Source: Hydrolagus colliei
Lineage: Eukaryota
DNA length: 64,000 nt
Direction of reading: 5' to 3'
Assembly (NCBI GenBank): GCA_035084275.1
Contig: CM068743.1
Span: 42,160,001 to 42,224,000 of the forward strand
The notes below the pieces were generated by a model. That model searched no databases and was not told where the DNA came from. It worked only from the letters and a program-made list of their open reading frames with translations. A program made the position numbers and the translations under genes. Shown here one piece after another: positions 62,256 to 64,000 of the stretch. The first letter of the stretch is position 1; every line of letters begins with the position of its first letter.

Positions 62256-62614
62256 TAAAGGATCTTTATGTAACTCGGGACTGCTTCCAATCTCTGTGAA
62301 CTAGATGTGACTTGGCATCACTATCATCTATACATAGACAGGATGGCACACCACTGCCAAATCCTGCCTATATCTGTCTGAATTAATGTGGTAACTGTTC
62401 GCATTTCAGAAGAGAAATTTGTCGCTCTGCAATTACTCTGATATTGTAAAGCTACAAATTAGAGCATTGGAGCTTTTGATGTAAGGTCTTCTTTTAAAAA
62501 ATTCAAGAAGCAGAATTGAGTCAAACATACTTCGCTGAGGGAGGCCATCATTATTCTTATATTAAGAAAACTAACAGTGATTTATCATGAGCTGATCTTT
62601 GTGTCAGCTCATGT

Positions 62615-62905
62615 AGTTCTGTAGCTCAGTGTTTAGAGCACTCGCCTCATAAGCATGACACCTGGGTTTGATTCCCTGCAGGAAAAAACCTTAGGCAAGT
62701 TTCCTTAATCCACATGCCTGATAATAGTACCTCAAGAAAAAAAAATTTGGTCACTGAATCCACGATTGTTTGTGGGATACTGCTGTGTGCAATTGGTTGC
62801 TGTGTTTCGCCCATAAATATACAGTGAATTCACTTTACAGAATATTCCGTGTAGTGTTTTGAAACATCCAGAAGATGTGAAAATCACTATATAAAATTAT
62901 TATTA
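62615..62905 (+). mobile_element. tRNA-derived SINE
   Basis: Head, body and degraded tail. Confidence 0.82.
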
Positions 62906-63074
62906 ATATATTTTATATTCTTTGTTCCCCCTAAGAAAGTCATCTATTCAGTTCAGAAACTCACCAAATAGGCCTCAAAATGCCAGTTTTTCAATGGATT
63001 TTGATTATCATTCCTCTCATGACTTTAGAACTGTCAATCATTTCTGCTCTAACCATGCTGAATATAGTAGAAAA

Positions 63075-63232
63075 TGGTATCCTCTCTGGGTAATGAGTTT
63101 AAATGGGGATATCTACACATCTAAGGAGAAAGGGAAGCTACATGGAAATGAAAGGATTGATCTTAAAAAAGCGAGCACAGATACGGTAGGCCGAATGACC
63201 TTCCTCTGTGTTGTAAAGTTCTATGGTTCTGT
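63075..63232 (+). mobile_element. CR1 3'UTR stub
   Basis: GCACAGATACGGTAGGCCGAATGACCTTCCTCTGTGTTGTAAAGTTCTATG terminal motif. Confidence 0.65.
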
Positions 63233-64000
63233 GAAAGCAGCAAAAAGACAACCTAATAAAGTAAATTCAGTCTTGAGAGAGCAGATCATGACTGAGACTT
63301 TATGTCTTATTCACTAGGGCTTCGGAGAACTTTGACGTGATTGCCAATTGAGTTACCAGTATGACCTTGTTGTGAACACAATTGTTTTTCCTGGTTTTTC
63401 TTTGAAAGGGGCTGCACCTTCATTGATGTCAAAGTTAAAAGTAAAATGCACTTTTAGTTTGATGTTCAAATTGGAATTCTCTTTAAAGTGACCAGCTGTG
63501 GATTTCAGACTATTGTGATTATGTTCACCAACAAATGTACAAGAATAGATCTTTTGAGGTGTTTTCACATTAAGGCACTATATGAAATGCAAAGATTATT
63601 ATGATGTTGTAAAATGATATGTAACTGTCACTTGATAGCATAAATGTTTATAAACATATATACATAAAATATGTATATGAGCCATACAAGTCATATCAAG
63701 CTCTCTGCATACCCATCAAAATAGAAAAACAGACCTTATTGAATTCACTGCATGCAACCACCAGTGAGTCAGATTTCCCAGTGGTTTAAACTGTCATAAA
63801 TACTGACATTTCTTGATGAACTCAGTATCTATGGCTGATTACACCTTTCCTTCTCTTATAGATGGATTCCTTTGAGTGCTACCTATTAGGTAACCTTTGT
63901 GCCTGGGTTGCCGTCAATCTTTTTTTGCAGAACATCAATCACAGTTCCAGAATTATAGTGGTTATTTATTGCTAGTAAGTGAGCAGGAAGGGTCAGAGAT

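Overview
AT-rich, repeat-dense vertebrate DNA with no host gene I can support. The SINE/L2/CR1 repertoire resembles that of cartilaginous fishes (holocephalan-like), which is an inference. The main element is a 7,971-bp minus-strand class I (epsilon/gamma-like) endogenous retrovirus at 49878-57848. It has two 569-bp LTRs that read as identical, a GATG target-site duplication, a tRNA-Gln primer-binding site, a PPT, and recognisable but lesioned gag, pro-pol and env. Its pol carries an extra ~175-aa domain between protease and RT with two H-C-T motifs, the signature of a 2H phosphoesterase. Gag ends in an in-frame UGA-C readthrough context. Also present: a 2,040-bp non-autonomous hAT element (14-bp TIRs, 8-bp TSD, BED finger, long GA tract), a young 5'-truncated L2 LINE with an open RT frame, three Tigger/pogo-like MITEs, many tRNA-derived SINEs (some nested), Deu-type SINEs, CR1/L2 fragments, an unexplained perfect 48-bp inverted repeat and a 180-N gap. 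All calls come from reading the sequence by eye; no searches were run.
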